A stretch of DNA of 64,000 bases from Minisyncoccota bacterium (GCA_041648595.1 JBAZOQ010000001.1:82242-146241); one strand, 5' to 3'. Positions 9,224-19,012 are shown, numbered from the stretch's first letter. Notes: generated by a model from the sequence alone, not told the origin. Numbers and translations are program-made.

Positions 9224-9281
9224 TTCGCAATAGAGCGATTTGAAAGAGAATCTAAACTAAAGACTACGGTTAAATAAAAAA
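9224..9281 (+). repeat. 58-bp direct repeat copy 2 (non-coding duplicate of the ddl 3' end)
   Basis: It is identical to 8372..8429. Confidence 0.8.
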
Positions 9282-9343
9282 ACCACTGTCTAACTTTTTA
9301 AGTTTTAAGTGGTTTTTTACAAGATTCTCAAGAAAAATTCATT

Positions 9344-9676
9344 TTATTTTTTTGCAAAAATATTATTACCTTTTTGCATTTTAAATGATATATAGTTCTC
9401 TGTTTCATGTACAATTTTTGCTTCAAGTCCAGTTATTTGGCATATTACTCTCATAAAAGACTCTGCATAAGCTTTATCTGGTAAATGATTTAATATTTCT
9501 ATTTTATCTTCCGATTGTACGCCTGTATTTTCAAAGTATAATCTATTTAGACTTGGACGAGTAACTGACATAAGAAGTGCATTACCATGCCCAATATGCA
9601 TTATCACTAAATCATCCTTTTGAATCCCTGTTCTTTTTAACACTGTTTTTGAATTTGTTTCTTGTTGCGTTACCAT
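9344..9676 (-). CDS. hypothetical protein
   Basis: A 110-aa ORF (..LVIMHIGHGNALLMSVTRPS..) with a hairpin terminator downstream at ~9282-9320. No confident family assignment. Confidence 0.4.
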   Translation of the reverse strand: MVTQQETNSKTVLKRTGIQKDDLVIMHIGHGNALLMSVTRPSLNRLYFENTGVQSEDKIEILNHLPDKAYAESFMRVICQITGLEAKIVHETENYISFKMQKGNNIFAKK

Positions 9677-9824
9677 GTTTGACTCCTTTTATATTATTTA
9701 ATTAAATTAGTTATCTCTACCACCAAAAGAAGCAGAGAAAACTAATTTAATATAAACAAAAAGAAAATATCAAAGAACCTTAATACTTGTATAAGTATAG
9801 CATTTTATATTAAAAAGTCAAGAG

Positions 9825-9895
9825 CGGGTGATGAGGGAATCGAACCCCCGCCAAAGGATTTGGAGGCCTTCGTTCTGCCACTAAACTAATCACCC
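9825..9895 (-). tRNA. tRNA-Trp (anticodon CCA)
   Basis: The reverse complement GGGTGAT TA GTTT AGTGGCA GAAC G AAGGC CUCCAAA TCCTT TGGC GGGGG TTCGATT CCCTC ATCACCC G folds as a cloverleaf. The acceptor stem is perfect, the T-loop is TTCGATT, and the anticodon loop CUCCAAA matches bacterial tRNA-Trp. One C-U mismatch sits at the 31-39 position. Confidence 0.7.
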
Positions 9896-9901
9896 ATGGC
9901 T

Positions 9902-10558
9902 TTATTTATACCTTTTCATGAAAACTTTTGCAATAGATTGTAATTTACGAGCTACGGAAACATCTGAATAATGAAGTTTAATACAGCCTTGATATCCTTC
10001 TTTTTTATATTTTCCGCTATTTGATTTTAAATAACTTCTATTGAATTGCTCTTTTGGTATTTTTGTTATTTTTGACCAAAAATCTTTTTGGATTTTTTCA
10101 TTATGATATTTATGCAGATGCATTAAAATTCTAAACTTCTTCTCATCTAAATCAAAAGAATTTCTAAACAAATATAAGAAGGTAACAATTAGATCTGGGT
10201 CAGAATTTGTAAATGTTACAAGACTTTTAAGAGATTTATTGCCTTCACAAAAATAAATCATAGCACATAAGATAGCTCGGTCTGCTTTGGTACAATCAGT
10301 TTTAGAAAGTATCTCTTTTGCAAAATTATCAGCTTGAATATTTTTTTGACGAGTTTTTTCTTTTATTGTTTTTTGAGAAGCTAGTTGACCGTTTGTATAA
10401 TTCTTTTTTAGTCGAGCTTGAGCTTTGTCAGAAAGTTTTATTCCTTGTATCCATATAGAGATAGTGCCTTTAGATACCCCGAGCATTTTATGAAGTTCTT
10501 TCACAGAATATCCTTTCTTCCTCAATTCTGTAGCTTTTATTTGTAAGTCTTTTTTCAT
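9902..10558 (-). CDS. HTH-domain protein with a degenerate LAGLIDADG-like C-terminal region (homing-endonuclease-like), adjacent to tRNA-Trp
   Basis: The N-terminal ELRKKGYSVKELHKMLGVSKGTISIW looks like a transposase/resolvase-type HTH and is homologous to the 65-aa ORF at 24353..24550. The central AILCAMIYFCEGNKS resembles a degenerate LAGLIDADG motif. Confidence 0.4.
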   Translation of the reverse strand: MKKDLQIKATELRKKGYSVKELHKMLGVSKGTISIWIQGIKLSDKAQARLKKNYTNGQLASQKTIKEKTRQKNIQADNFAKEILSKTDCTKADRAILCAMIYFCEGNKSLKSLVTFTNSDPDLIVTFLYLFRNSFDLDEKKFRILMHLHKYHNEKIQKDFWSKITKIPKEQFNRSYLKSNSGKYKKEGYQGCIKLHYSDVSVARKLQSIAKVFMKRYK

Positions 10559-10619
10559 AAAATAGTATTTTATATATTATGTTATATAACTATTATACTA
10601 CATACAAAAACAAAAAGAA

Positions 10620-10645
10620 ATCCCCCTAGAGAGGGGGATTTTCTG
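10620..10645 (-). terminator. hairpin terminator downstream of rpmG (possibly bidirectional)
   Basis: The sequence atccccctagagagggggat forms a perfect 8-bp stem with T-rich flanks on both strands. Confidence 0.55.
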
Positions 10646-10655
10646 ACGACTTTAA

Positions 10656-10814
10656 TTACTTCTTAATCTCTTTATGCTTAACTTGTTTTTTGCACCATTT
10701 GCAATACTTCTTGAGCTCAATCTTTTTAGTGACGAGTTTCTTATTTTTACTGGACCAGTAATTTATACGTTTACAGGTAGTACATGCAAGTTTTATAAGT
10801 CTTTCTTGTGACAT
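10656..10814 (-). CDS. rpmG: 50S ribosomal protein L33 (not in the ORF track; 52 aa)
   Basis: Hand translation of the minus strand gives MSQERLIKLACTTCKRINYWSSKNKKLVTKKIELKKYCKWCKKQVKHKEIKK. It shows the classic bL33 Cys pair pattern and length. Confidence 0.8.
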   Translation of the reverse strand: MSQERLIKLACTTCKRINYWSSKNKKLVTKKIELKKYCKWCKKQVKHKEIKK

Positions 10815-10851
10815 GTATATAGAATAATATAAAATCCTTTAAAAAGCAACC

Positions 10852-11763
10852 TTATATCAATTTTTTTAAATTTATCTTTTTGGATGCATCAAACCACTTA
10901 ATTTCTTTATCGCGTTTAAACCATGTCATTTGGCGTTTTGTGTATTTTATAGTTTCTTTTACAACTTTTTTATAAGTAGGGGAATCGTATTCAAAACCAA
11001 ACTCTTTTAGTCTTTTCTCTGATATACCAAATTTTTTGAGTTTTTTTATTTCATTAAGTAAACCATCTGCAAACATTTTTTTAACTCTTTTTTCTATTTT
11101 CTTTTTTAAAATATCTGTTGGTAAATATAATCCAATTTTTATGAATTTATATGGTGATACACTTTCTGCCATGGCAGAGTTTGTATCACTTTGTAGTTTT
11201 GGAACTTTACCGAGAGCTTTTGCTATCTCTATTGCTCTCACTAATCTCACTTTATTATTTAACTCATTTTTATTTTTAATATCTTTTGCACGTCTAGGGT
11301 CTAATTTTTTCAAATACTCAAATAATGCTATCGCAGATTTTGAGTATAATGCTTTTCTCAATTTCAAATTTGGTGGAACTTTTGGAAAAACTGTCCCTTT
11401 AGTAATTGCATCAATATAAAAACCAGTACCTCCACAGATAATTGGAGTTTTACCTTTTTTTACAATCTCAGCCATGGCGTAGATTGCTTTTTTTTGATAT
11501 TTGGCTACTGTGAATTTCCGTTTAGGATCTACAACATCAATAAGATGATGAAAAATTCCTTTCATTTCTTTAGTAGTAATTTTTCCAGTCCCAATATCAA
11601 GTCCTTTATAAACTTGTCTAGAATCAGCAGAAATAACCTCTGCACCGTTTATCCCTGCTTTTTTAGCTTGTCCTGAGCTTAGTCGAAGGGCAATTTTAAC
11701 AGCTAAATTACTCTTTCCAGTAGCTGTAGGGCCTAATATTACAATAACTTTTGGTTTTTGCAT
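10852..11763 (-). CDS. miaA: tRNA dimethylallyltransferase (isopentenyl-adenosine A37)
   Basis: The N-terminal P-loop is VIVILGPTATGKSNLAVKIAL, and ...SADSRQVYKGLDIGTGK is the MiaA signature. Confidence 0.9.
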   Translation of the reverse strand: MQKPKVIVILGPTATGKSNLAVKIALRLSSGQAKKAGINGAEVISADSRQVYKGLDIGTGKITTKEMKGIFHHLIDVVDPKRKFTVAKYQKKAIYAMAEIVKKGKTPIICGGTGFYIDAITKGTVFPKVPPNLKLRKALYSKSAIALFEYLKKLDPRRAKDIKNKNELNNKVRLVRAIEIAKALGKVPKLQSDTNSAMAESVSPYKFIKIGLYLPTDILKKKIEKRVKKMFADGLLNEIKKLKKFGISEKRLKEFGFEYDSPTYKKVVKETIKYTKRQMTWFKRDKEIKWFDASKKINLKKLI

Positions 11764-11772
11764 TAGAAATTT

Positions 11773-13104
11773 TTATTTCAAAATTTTAATATCTGCACCA
11801 ATAGAATTTAAACGTTTAGCTATCTCTTCATAGCCACGGTTTATCATATATACATTACGTAAAATGGATGTACCTGGGGCTGCAAGCATAGAAATGAGTA
11901 TTACCATTGATGGGCGTAATGCAGGTGGACAGACGACTTGAGCAGCTTTGAGTGGTGTTCCACCTTGTATGTAAACTCTATGAGGATCAGCAAGAGTAAT
12001 ATTTGCCCCCAAACGATTTAATTCAGTAAAATATATTGCGCGGTTTTCATAAACCCAATCGTGTATCATAGTTTGACCTTTTGCACGGATAGCAATAGGT
12101 ACAAAGAATGGTAAATTATCTATATTTATTCCAGGATATGGATTGGAGTGAATTTTGTCAGTTAATGCTTTTAATTTACTTGGAAAGATTTCAATGTCAG
12201 CAAGTTTAGTACGTCCATTATAAGAGTAATATCTTTTCAGAATTTTAAATTTTAAATTCATTCTTTTTAATTTTTCAAGTTCAAGAGAAAGAAAATCAAT
12301 AGGACAACGTGTTATGGTGAGTCTAGAATCAGTGACAATACAAGCAGATATAAACATCATAGATTCTATAGGGTCTTCACTATTCCAATATTCAATATTT
12401 TTATTTACTTCTTTTATTCCATGAACGATCAATGTAGAAGTGCCTATGCCTTCTATTTTTACTCCTAATATTTCAAGAAAAAAACATATTTCCTGAACCA
12501 TATAATTTGCACTGGCAAAAGATATTTTTGTATCGCCCACAATCAAAGCTGATGCAGTTAAAACATTTTCACAAGCAGTGTCTCCAGATTCATACATTAC
12601 TATATCTCTAGATTTTAAATTTTTTGCACTAATTTCATAATTTTGTGATGTAGTTTTTATTTTTAGTCCTAATTCTTCAAGTGCATAAGTATGAGCTGCA
12701 ATAGTACGTTTTCCTAAATTACAACCTTGTGCATGTGGTAGTGAAAAGGAAGATAAATAATGAATAAGTGGACCTATTAGCATTACAATAGAACGAGTTT
12801 TTATTGCTGAATCAATATTTATATTTTTTAAATTAAAATTTTTAGGTGGATTGATTATTACAGTATTTTGATCTTGCCATTTGATTTTTACTCCAATACT
12901 TTCCAATATTTCGATTACTCTATTCACTTCTTCAATACGAGCAATGCCATGTAACGTGGTTGTTCCTTTATTCAAAAGGGAAGCACAAAGAAGTCCAACA
13001 GAACCATTTTTAGAAAAATTAGTTTTTATGGTTCCACTTAATTTTTTTCCACCATTTACTAAAAAATCAGTAGAGATGCTCGGTTGTATTTTTATTTTTT
13101 TCAT
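11773..13104 (-). CDS. murA: UDP-N-acetylglucosamine 1-carboxyvinyltransferase
   Basis: EPT-family motifs and the active-site region are present. The track ORF extends to 13203 through a GTG, but those extra 33 codons overlap tRNA-Leu, so the likely start is MKKIKIQ at 13104. Confidence 0.85.
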   Translation of the reverse strand: MKKIKIQPSISTDFLVNGGKKLSGTIKTNFSKNGSVGLLCASLLNKGTTTLHGIARIEEVNRVIEILESIGVKIKWQDQNTVIINPPKNFNLKNINIDSAIKTRSIVMLIGPLIHYLSSFSLPHAQGCNLGKRTIAAHTYALEELGLKIKTTSQNYEISAKNLKSRDIVMYESGDTACENVLTASALIVGDTKISFASANYMVQEICFFLEILGVKIEGIGTSTLIVHGIKEVNKNIEYWNSEDPIESMMFISACIVTDSRLTITRCPIDFLSLELEKLKRMNLKFKILKRYYSYNGRTKLADIEIFPSKLKALTDKIHSNPYPGINIDNLPFFVPIAIRAKGQTMIHDWVYENRAIYFTELNRLGANITLADPHRVYIQGGTPLKAAQVVCPPALRPSMVILISMLAAPGTSILRNVYMINRGYEEIAKRLNSIGADIKILK

Positions 13105-13110
13105 ATTCTG

Positions 13111-13194
13111 TGCCCAGGGAGAGAATCGAACTCTCATGATGTTGCCATCAATAGATTTTGAGTCTATCGCGTCTACCAATTCCGCCACCTGGGC
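13111..13194 (-). tRNA. tRNA-Leu (anticodon CAA), type II with long variable arm
   Basis: The reverse complement GCCCAGGTGGCGGAATTGGTAGACGCGATAGACTCAAAATCTATTGATGGCAACATCATGAGAGTTCGATTCTCTCCCTGGGCA folds as a cloverleaf. The anticodon stem-loop is ATAGA CTCAAAA TCTAT, the extra arm is TGATGGCAACATCATG, and the T-loop is GTTCGATTC. Confidence 0.85.
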
Positions 13195-13267
13195 AATCCA
13201 CACATTTTACACAAAAATCACATTAAAATCAATTTAATAAAAAATATTAATATGCTAGAATAGATTC

Positions 13268-14314
13268 ATGTCTACTTTATACTCCAACTCAATTTTTTGG
13301 ATTGATACAGACAAGATCAAACCAAATCCATATCAACCAAGACGAGATTTTGATGAAACTCGACTTCAAGATTTAGCTGACTCAATTAAACAATATGGAG
13401 TATTGCAACCTTTGACAGTTTCTCGTGTTGAGATAGAAAAGGAAGATGGAGGTCTTGCAACAGAATATGAACTTATAGCAGGAGAAAGAAGATTAAGAGC
13501 AGCTATTTTAGCTAGAGTATCACAAGTGCCAGCTATTATTCGTGTCGGAGATACTTCAATGATGAAACTTGAACTCGCTATTATAGAAAATTTACAACGT
13601 GAAGATTTAAATGTTGTTGATCGTGCAAGAGCATTTTTTCGTTTAACTAGTGAATTTAAATTCACTCATAATGAAGTTGCTAAAAAAATGGGTAGAAGTA
13701 GGGAATATGTTTCAAATACTTTACGTATTTTGGCATTGCCTGAAGAAGTACTTAATGCATTGTCTGAAGGAAAAATTACAGAAGGACATACGAGACCAAT
13801 TTTGATGCTTACAGATCATCCAGAAGAACAAATGGTTTTATTTAAAGAAATTTTATATAAAAAAATAACTGTTAGAGAAGCAGAAAGATTAGCTAGAAAA
13901 ATTGCTTATGATCGTGTACGTAAAAAAGAATTTTTGCCAGATCCAGAAATAGTAGAACTTGAAGAAGAGTTTCAAGATAAATTAGGTACACGTGTTCATA
14001 TAGATAGAAAAGAACTAGGTGGACAAATTAAAATTGATTTCTTTTCTACTGAAGATTTACGTGCAATTTTAGATTTAATAAATAAATCAGCAATTGAAAG
14101 GAAGTTAGATGATGCTCCTGCTCATGCAGGAATGTTAGAAAATTATATTGCTAAAAATACAGAAACCGTAAATGTTGAACAGATAACACCTGAACAAATG
14201 TCAGAATTAGCCATCAATTCTTCTGAAATTCCATTAGACGATAGAACAAAAAATGAAATAAAAAAAGAAGAAGATGAAGATCATTTATACGATATTTCTA
14301 ATTTTAGCGTTTAA
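13268..14314 (+). CDS. parB: chromosome partitioning protein ParB (Spo0J)
   Basis: The ParB box (LIAGERRLRAA) and IENLQREDL are present, along with an HTH and a long acidic C-terminal extension. Confidence 0.85.
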   Translation: MSTLYSNSIFWIDTDKIKPNPYQPRRDFDETRLQDLADSIKQYGVLQPLTVSRVEIEKEDGGLATEYELIAGERRLRAAILARVSQVPAIIRVGDTSMMKLELAIIENLQREDLNVVDRARAFFRLTSEFKFTHNEVAKKMGRSREYVSNTLRILALPEEVLNALSEGKITEGHTRPILMLTDHPEEQMVLFKEILYKKITVREAERLARKIAYDRVRKKEFLPDPEIVELEEEFQDKLGTRVHIDRKELGGQIKIDFFSTEDLRAILDLINKSAIERKLDDAPAHAGMLENYIAKNTETVNVEQITPEQMSELAINSSEIPLDDRTKNEIKKEEDEDHLYDISNFSV

Positions 14315-15780
14315 GAACGTCCAAAAGATTTAAGTTTAGAGAGCAAACTATTTTTTTCTAGATAAGATCTGATATTCTTTTTTGCTACATTTGTTTTTGA
14401 ATACTCAAGCCATTTAGAAGATGGATGAGAATCTTTTCTTGTTACTATTTCTACTATATCTCCATTCTTAAGATTTGAAAGTATTGGAGCTATTTTATTG
14501 TTTACTTTTACTCCAGTTATATGATCACCAATGTCTGAATGTATAGCATAAGCAAAATCAATTGGACTAGAATCTTCTGGTAGGTCTATAACATCACCCT
14601 TTGGTGTAAAAATAAAAATACGGTCGTTAAAAAAATCAGTTTTAAGATGTTCTAAATATTTTAAAGGATTATGTAAATCGTAATTAAAATCTTTTAATTC
14701 TTCTATCCATTTAAATTTAGATTTATCGTCTTTATCTTTTTTATAATTTTTTTCTTTATAGGCAAAATGAGCTGCTATACCATAAGCTGCCTCTTCATGC
14801 ATTTCTTTTGTTCTTATTTGGATTTCTGCAGTTCCTCCTGAACCAGTAAAAATAGTCGTATGTATAGAACGATATCCATTTGGCTTAGGAACAGCTATAT
14901 AATCTTTAATTCTACCTGGTAATGGTTTCCACAGAGAATGTATTATTCCTAAAACTCTATAACATTCTTCTACACTTTCTACTACGACACGAAGAGCGAC
15001 AATATCATTAATTTTTGATATATCCATATCACGCTTTAGAAGTTTTTTCCATAAACTATATTTATGTTTCATTCGATAATCAATTTCGATTACCTTGACT
15101 TTGTTTTTATAAAGTTCTTTTTTGAGTTCACTATGTACTTCTGCTAAATATTTTTGATATAAATTTTTTTCTTCTTTTATTATTTCTTCTATTTCTGCAT
15201 ATTCTTTTGGATAAGCAAAAGGGAAAGCTGCATCTTCTAATTCACCTTTTAAATTTCCCATTCCTAAACGATTTGCAAGTGGAGCATAAACTTCTAAAGA
15301 TTCCATTGCTATTCTTTGTTTTTTATCTTCCCTTATAAACTGTAATGTACGTAAATTATGAAGTCTGTCTGCAAATTTTATAATGACGACTCTTAGGTCG
15401 TTAGTCATAGCAACAAAAAATTTTCTTAAACTTTCTACATGTCTCTCATGTCCTCTGTATTTTAAAGTTCCAAGTTTTGTAACACCATTAACTAAAAAAA
15501 CAATATTGTCTCCAAACTCTTTTTTCATTTCTTCTTCTGTAATTTTTGTATCTTCCAATACATCATGCAACAATCCTGCACTGATAGTTTCAACATCCAT
15601 TCCAAGTTGAGCTAATATTTTAGCAGTTTCAAATACATGAGAAAAATATGGTTTTCCATCCATTCTCTTTTGACCTTCATGAGCACGTTCTGCAAAATTA
15701 TAAGCTTTTTCTATAAGATCCTTATCTTTTATGCTTATTTTTCCAACTATAAGATCTATTATTTCTTTAACATTGGACAT
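14311..15780 (-). CDS. RelA/SpoT-family (p)ppGpp synthetase/hydrolase (HD + synthetase + TGS, short form)
   Basis: The HD hydrolase motif (HLLHDVLEDT), the RelA/SpoT synthetase core (...RIKDYIAVPKPNGYRSIHTTI...) and a C-terminal TGS domain are present. Confidence 0.8.
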   Translation of the reverse strand: MSNVKEIIDLIVGKISIKDKDLIEKAYNFAERAHEGQKRMDGKPYFSHVFETAKILAQLGMDVETISAGLLHDVLEDTKITEEEMKKEFGDNIVFLVNGVTKLGTLKYRGHERHVESLRKFFVAMTNDLRVVIIKFADRLHNLRTLQFIREDKKQRIAMESLEVYAPLANRLGMGNLKGELEDAAFPFAYPKEYAEIEEIIKEEKNLYQKYLAEVHSELKKELYKNKVKVIEIDYRMKHKYSLWKKLLKRDMDISKINDIVALRVVVESVEECYRVLGIIHSLWKPLPGRIKDYIAVPKPNGYRSIHTTIFTGSGGTAEIQIRTKEMHEEAAYGIAAHFAYKEKNYKKDKDDKSKFKWIEELKDFNYDLHNPLKYLEHLKTDFFNDRIFIFTPKGDVIDLPEDSSPIDFAYAIHSDIGDHITGVKVNNKIAPILSNLKNGDIVEIVTRKDSHPSSKWLEYSKTNVAKKNIRSYLEKNSLLSKLKSFGRS

Positions 15781-15802
15781 GCTCGATATTATAACACTAT
15801 TT

Positions 15803-18058
15803 TTATTCTATTTTAGATAACTTATGTGGATTATGATTTGGACAGGATTTGTCACTACATCTATCAGGAATAGTTTTTGTGCCTTCCATCATTAATGATC
15901 CACACTTATTACATAATTTACCTGTAGGTTTTGCTTTTATTGCATATTTACAATCAGGATAATTTGAACAAGAATAAAATATACCAAAACGTCCTCTTCT
16001 TTCACTTATATCTCCTTTTTTACATACAGGACAAATGACGCCGGTTCTTTTTTTAGCCTCTTCAGCTTCATCTTTTTTAATAAATTTACATTTTGGATAA
16101 CGTGAACAAGAGATAAAAGTACCTGTTCCATCACGTCTTTCTTTTATAATCAATTTACCACCACCTTGTTTTCCTTTTTTCTCTCCACATTCAGGGCACA
16201 ATTCTCCAGTTTCTTTAGGTCCTTCCAGTTCTGTTCCATCTAATCTTAATGCTCCATCACAATCTGGATATTTAATACAAGAATAAAATTTACCACCACG
16301 AGAAAGTTTTATAATCATTTTATCTCCACATTTTGGGCATTTCATATTTTCTGGTGCTTCTCCTAGGTTTGTCGCTTTCTCTAATTTCTCTTTTATTTTT
16401 ATTTCTTTTGAAAATGGTCCATAAAAATCTTTTAATGTTTTCTCGTATTCACGTTCACCGCGTGATATTTCATCTAATTCATCTTCCATTTCTGCTGTAA
16501 ATGTATCAGAAATATAATTTGCAAAATGTGTTTCTAAAAATAGAGACACAACTTCACCAACATCAGTAGGGAATAGAGTTTTATTTTCTTTTCTTACGTA
16601 TTCACGATCTTCTAGCGTCTTCATTATGGAAGCATAAGTAGATGGTCTACCTATATCACGAGCTTCCAATTCTTTAATAAGGCCAGCCTCACTATATCTA
16701 TTTGGTGGTTCTGTAAATTTTTCTTCTTTTATTAAATTTAGTAATTTTAATTTTTCTCCAATTTTCACTTCTGGTAATTCTATGTCTTCTCCTCTACTAT
16801 CCTTCTCAACTTCCAACCATCCTCTAAAAAGAATTCTTGAACCAGTAGCTGTAAAGTCTGGAAATTCAAATTCTGCGGAAGCCTTGCTTCCGCGAGTACG
16901 CGGAAGCAAGGCTTCCGCAGAAATATTTGCACTTATTTTTGTTTTTAATAATCTTGCATCAGTCATTTGAGATGAGACAGTACGTTCCCAAATCAATTTA
17001 TAAAGTCTCTGTTGTTCGTCGGTACCCGCTCCAAGATTTTCTATATGAGTCGGACGAATTGCTTCGTGTGCTTCTTGTGCATTTTTAGATTTAGTTTTAT
17101 ATATTTTAGCTTCTGCATAATTTTTTCCATATTTTTTTTTAACAAGAGAAATGATTTGGGTTTGTGCTACTGCGGATAGGTTTGTACTATCTGTTCGCAT
17201 ATATGTAATATGTCCAGCTTCATAAAGTTTTTGTGCTAATTGCATTGTTTTTGAAGGAGAATAACCAAGTCGTGAACTTGCTGTTTGTTGTAATGTAGAA
17301 GTAGTAAATGGTGCACGAGGTGTTCGTTTTTGTTCTGATTCTTTTACTCCAGTTACTAACCAATCTCCATTTTTTCCTTCTTCTAATATTTTTTCAACTA
17401 AATCTTTTTCTCTTGGTTCCTTGGAACAATTTAATGTTATCTTTGCTTTTTTGAGTGTTTCAAAAAGACCCAAAAGTTTCCAATATTGTTCAGGAATAAA
17501 AGCACGGATTTCTCTTTCGCGTTCCATTATTATACGAAGTGCAGGGGATTGGACTCTTCCTGCAGAGAGCCCATAACGTACTTTTTTCCAAATAAGTCCT
17601 GAAAGATCATATCCTACAAGTCTATCCAAAACTCGTCTCGCTTCTTGAGCTTTTCTTAAGTTTGTATCAATTTCTCTTGGATTTTTTAATGCTTCAATAA
17701 CTGCTTCTTTTGTTATTTCATAAAAAGCTACACGCTTTATTGGTGCCTTTACTTTTTTATCTTTTTTTAATAGTTCTTCTATGTGCCATGCTATAGCTTC
17801 TCCTTCACGATCAGGGTCTGTTGCTAATAAAATTTCTGTTGCTTTTTCTCCAAGTGTTTGAAGTTCATGAACAACTTTTTCTTTACCACGAGAAATCTCA
17901 TAATGTGGTATAAAGCCACCTTCTATGTCTATTGCTGTTTTATTTGATTTAGGTAAATCACGAATATGTCCAATAGAAGCACGTACTGTGTACGCACCTT
18001 CTAAATATTTTTCTATAGTTTTTGCTTTTGATGGTGACTCAACAATAAGTAATTTCAT
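15803..18058 (-). CDS. topA: DNA topoisomerase I with C-terminal zinc-ribbon repeats
   Basis: A Toprim N-terminus (MKLLIVESPSKAKTIEKYL), the type IA core, and multiple C-terminal CxxC...CxxC zinc ribbons are present. It contains an in-frame 48-bp palindrome. Confidence 0.9.
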   Translation of the reverse strand: MKLLIVESPSKAKTIEKYLEGAYTVRASIGHIRDLPKSNKTAIDIEGGFIPHYEISRGKEKVVHELQTLGEKATEILLATDPDREGEAIAWHIEELLKKDKKVKAPIKRVAFYEITKEAVIEALKNPREIDTNLRKAQEARRVLDRLVGYDLSGLIWKKVRYGLSAGRVQSPALRIIMEREREIRAFIPEQYWKLLGLFETLKKAKITLNCSKEPREKDLVEKILEEGKNGDWLVTGVKESEQKRTPRAPFTTSTLQQTASSRLGYSPSKTMQLAQKLYEAGHITYMRTDSTNLSAVAQTQIISLVKKKYGKNYAEAKIYKTKSKNAQEAHEAIRPTHIENLGAGTDEQQRLYKLIWERTVSSQMTDARLLKTKISANISAEALLPRTRGSKASAEFEFPDFTATGSRILFRGWLEVEKDSRGEDIELPEVKIGEKLKLLNLIKEEKFTEPPNRYSEAGLIKELEARDIGRPSTYASIMKTLEDREYVRKENKTLFPTDVGEVVSLFLETHFANYISDTFTAEMEDELDEISRGEREYEKTLKDFYGPFSKEIKIKEKLEKATNLGEAPENMKCPKCGDKMIIKLSRGGKFYSCIKYPDCDGALRLDGTELEGPKETGELCPECGEKKGKQGGGKLIIKERRDGTGTFISCSRYPKCKFIKKDEAEEAKKRTGVICPVCKKGDISERRGRFGIFYSCSNYPDCKYAIKAKPTGKLCNKCGSLMMEGTKTIPDRCSDKSCPNHNPHKLSKIE
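16873..16920. repeat. Perfect 48-bp GC-rich palindrome in-frame inside topA
   Basis: The sequence ctgcggaagccttgcttccgcg agta cgcggaagcaaggcttccgcag has 22-bp perfect arms. It encodes ...AEALLPRTRGSKASAE... on the topA strand, and nearly the same peptide on the other strand (spurious ORF 16782..16970). Confidence 0.8.
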
Positions 18059-18148
18059 TTTATTTTTTTATAAGCTATAAGCTAAAACCTATAAGCTGTA
18101 TTTAACAGTATTACACGAAATATATTTTTTTTGCAAATTTGAATTCTT

Positions 18149-19012
18149 TTAACCCAATCGTATTTCCCCCATTTCTTCTTTTATTAATTCTTTTATTTCC
18201 ATCACAGTGAGTATTGCATTTGCATTAGGTGTCGGCATTTTCATAGCTCTTATTAAATCATCTCTTGGAATAGGTTCACGAAGTAAATCTACTACTTTTT
18301 TTTCTTCAGTTGATAAATCTATAAAAAGTTTTTCTTGCTTTTCTTTATCTTTTGGTTTTTCAAACCCTAGTGCCTCTAATACATCCTCTGCACAAGTTAT
18401 GGGTGTAGCCCCTTGTCGTATTAATCTATTTGTTCCTTTTGAATTTGATGAAAAAACTGATCCAGGTATAGCAAGCACATCTCTATTATATTCAGTAGCA
18501 AGTCGTGCAGTAATTAATGTTCCAGATTTTTCCTCGGCTTCTATTATAAGTACAGCTTTAGAAATTCCTGCCATTAATCTATTTCGCATTGGGAAGCTCC
18601 ATTGTGTGGCCTTGAAATCTGGTTCAAATTCTGAAATTAAACATCCACCAGTCTCTATTACATCTCTCATGAGTCTTACATTTGTTTTTGGATATATTGC
18701 TTCATCTCCTAAACCTGAGCCAGGGAAAACTATAGTTTTGAGTCCTACTTGCATTGCTTTTTTATGAGATATTGTATCTATACCTATAGCAAAACCAGAA
18801 ACTATGGCTATTGGATAACCTTTTAAACCAGCAATTATTTTTTCACAAATTTCTTTTCCGTATGAAGTAAATTTACGAGAGCCAACTACTGATAAATAAA
18901 TTAAATTTTTTTCAGTAGGTAAATCACCGATTATCCATAAATCTTCTGGGGGTTGTGGAATTTCTAATAATGCAGCAGGGAATTCTTTTTTGTTTAATTT
19001 TCTTATTTTCAT
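18149..19012 (-). CDS. dprA: DNA processing protein DprA (Smf)
   Basis: The Rossmann-like DprA core (VVGSRKFTSYG...IVSGFAIGIDT...GSGLGDEAIYP...LITARLATEYNRDVLAIPG) is present. The track ORF starts at 19102; MKIRKL at 19012 is the more plausible start. Confidence 0.8.
   Translation of the reverse strand: MKIRKLNKKEFPAALLEIPQPPEDLWIIGDLPTEKNLIYLSVVGSRKFTSYGKEICEKIIAGLKGYPIAIVSGFAIGIDTISHKKAMQVGLKTIVFPGSGLGDEAIYPKTNVRLMRDVIETGGCLISEFEPDFKATQWSFPMRNRLMAGISKAVLIIEAEEKSGTLITARLATEYNRDVLAIPGSVFSSNSKGTNRLIRQGATPITCAEDVLEALGFEKPKDKEKQEKLFIDLSTEEKKVVDLLREPIPRDDLIRAMKMPTPNANAILTVMEIKELIKEEMGEIRLG

Noticed and set aside
9822-9899. Alternative tRNA fold using GCCATGG as the acceptor 5' strand.
   Set aside because: No complementary 3' strand exists. 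The fold starting at GGGTGAT gives a perfect acceptor stem, a canonical T-loop and a CUCCAAA anticodon loop.
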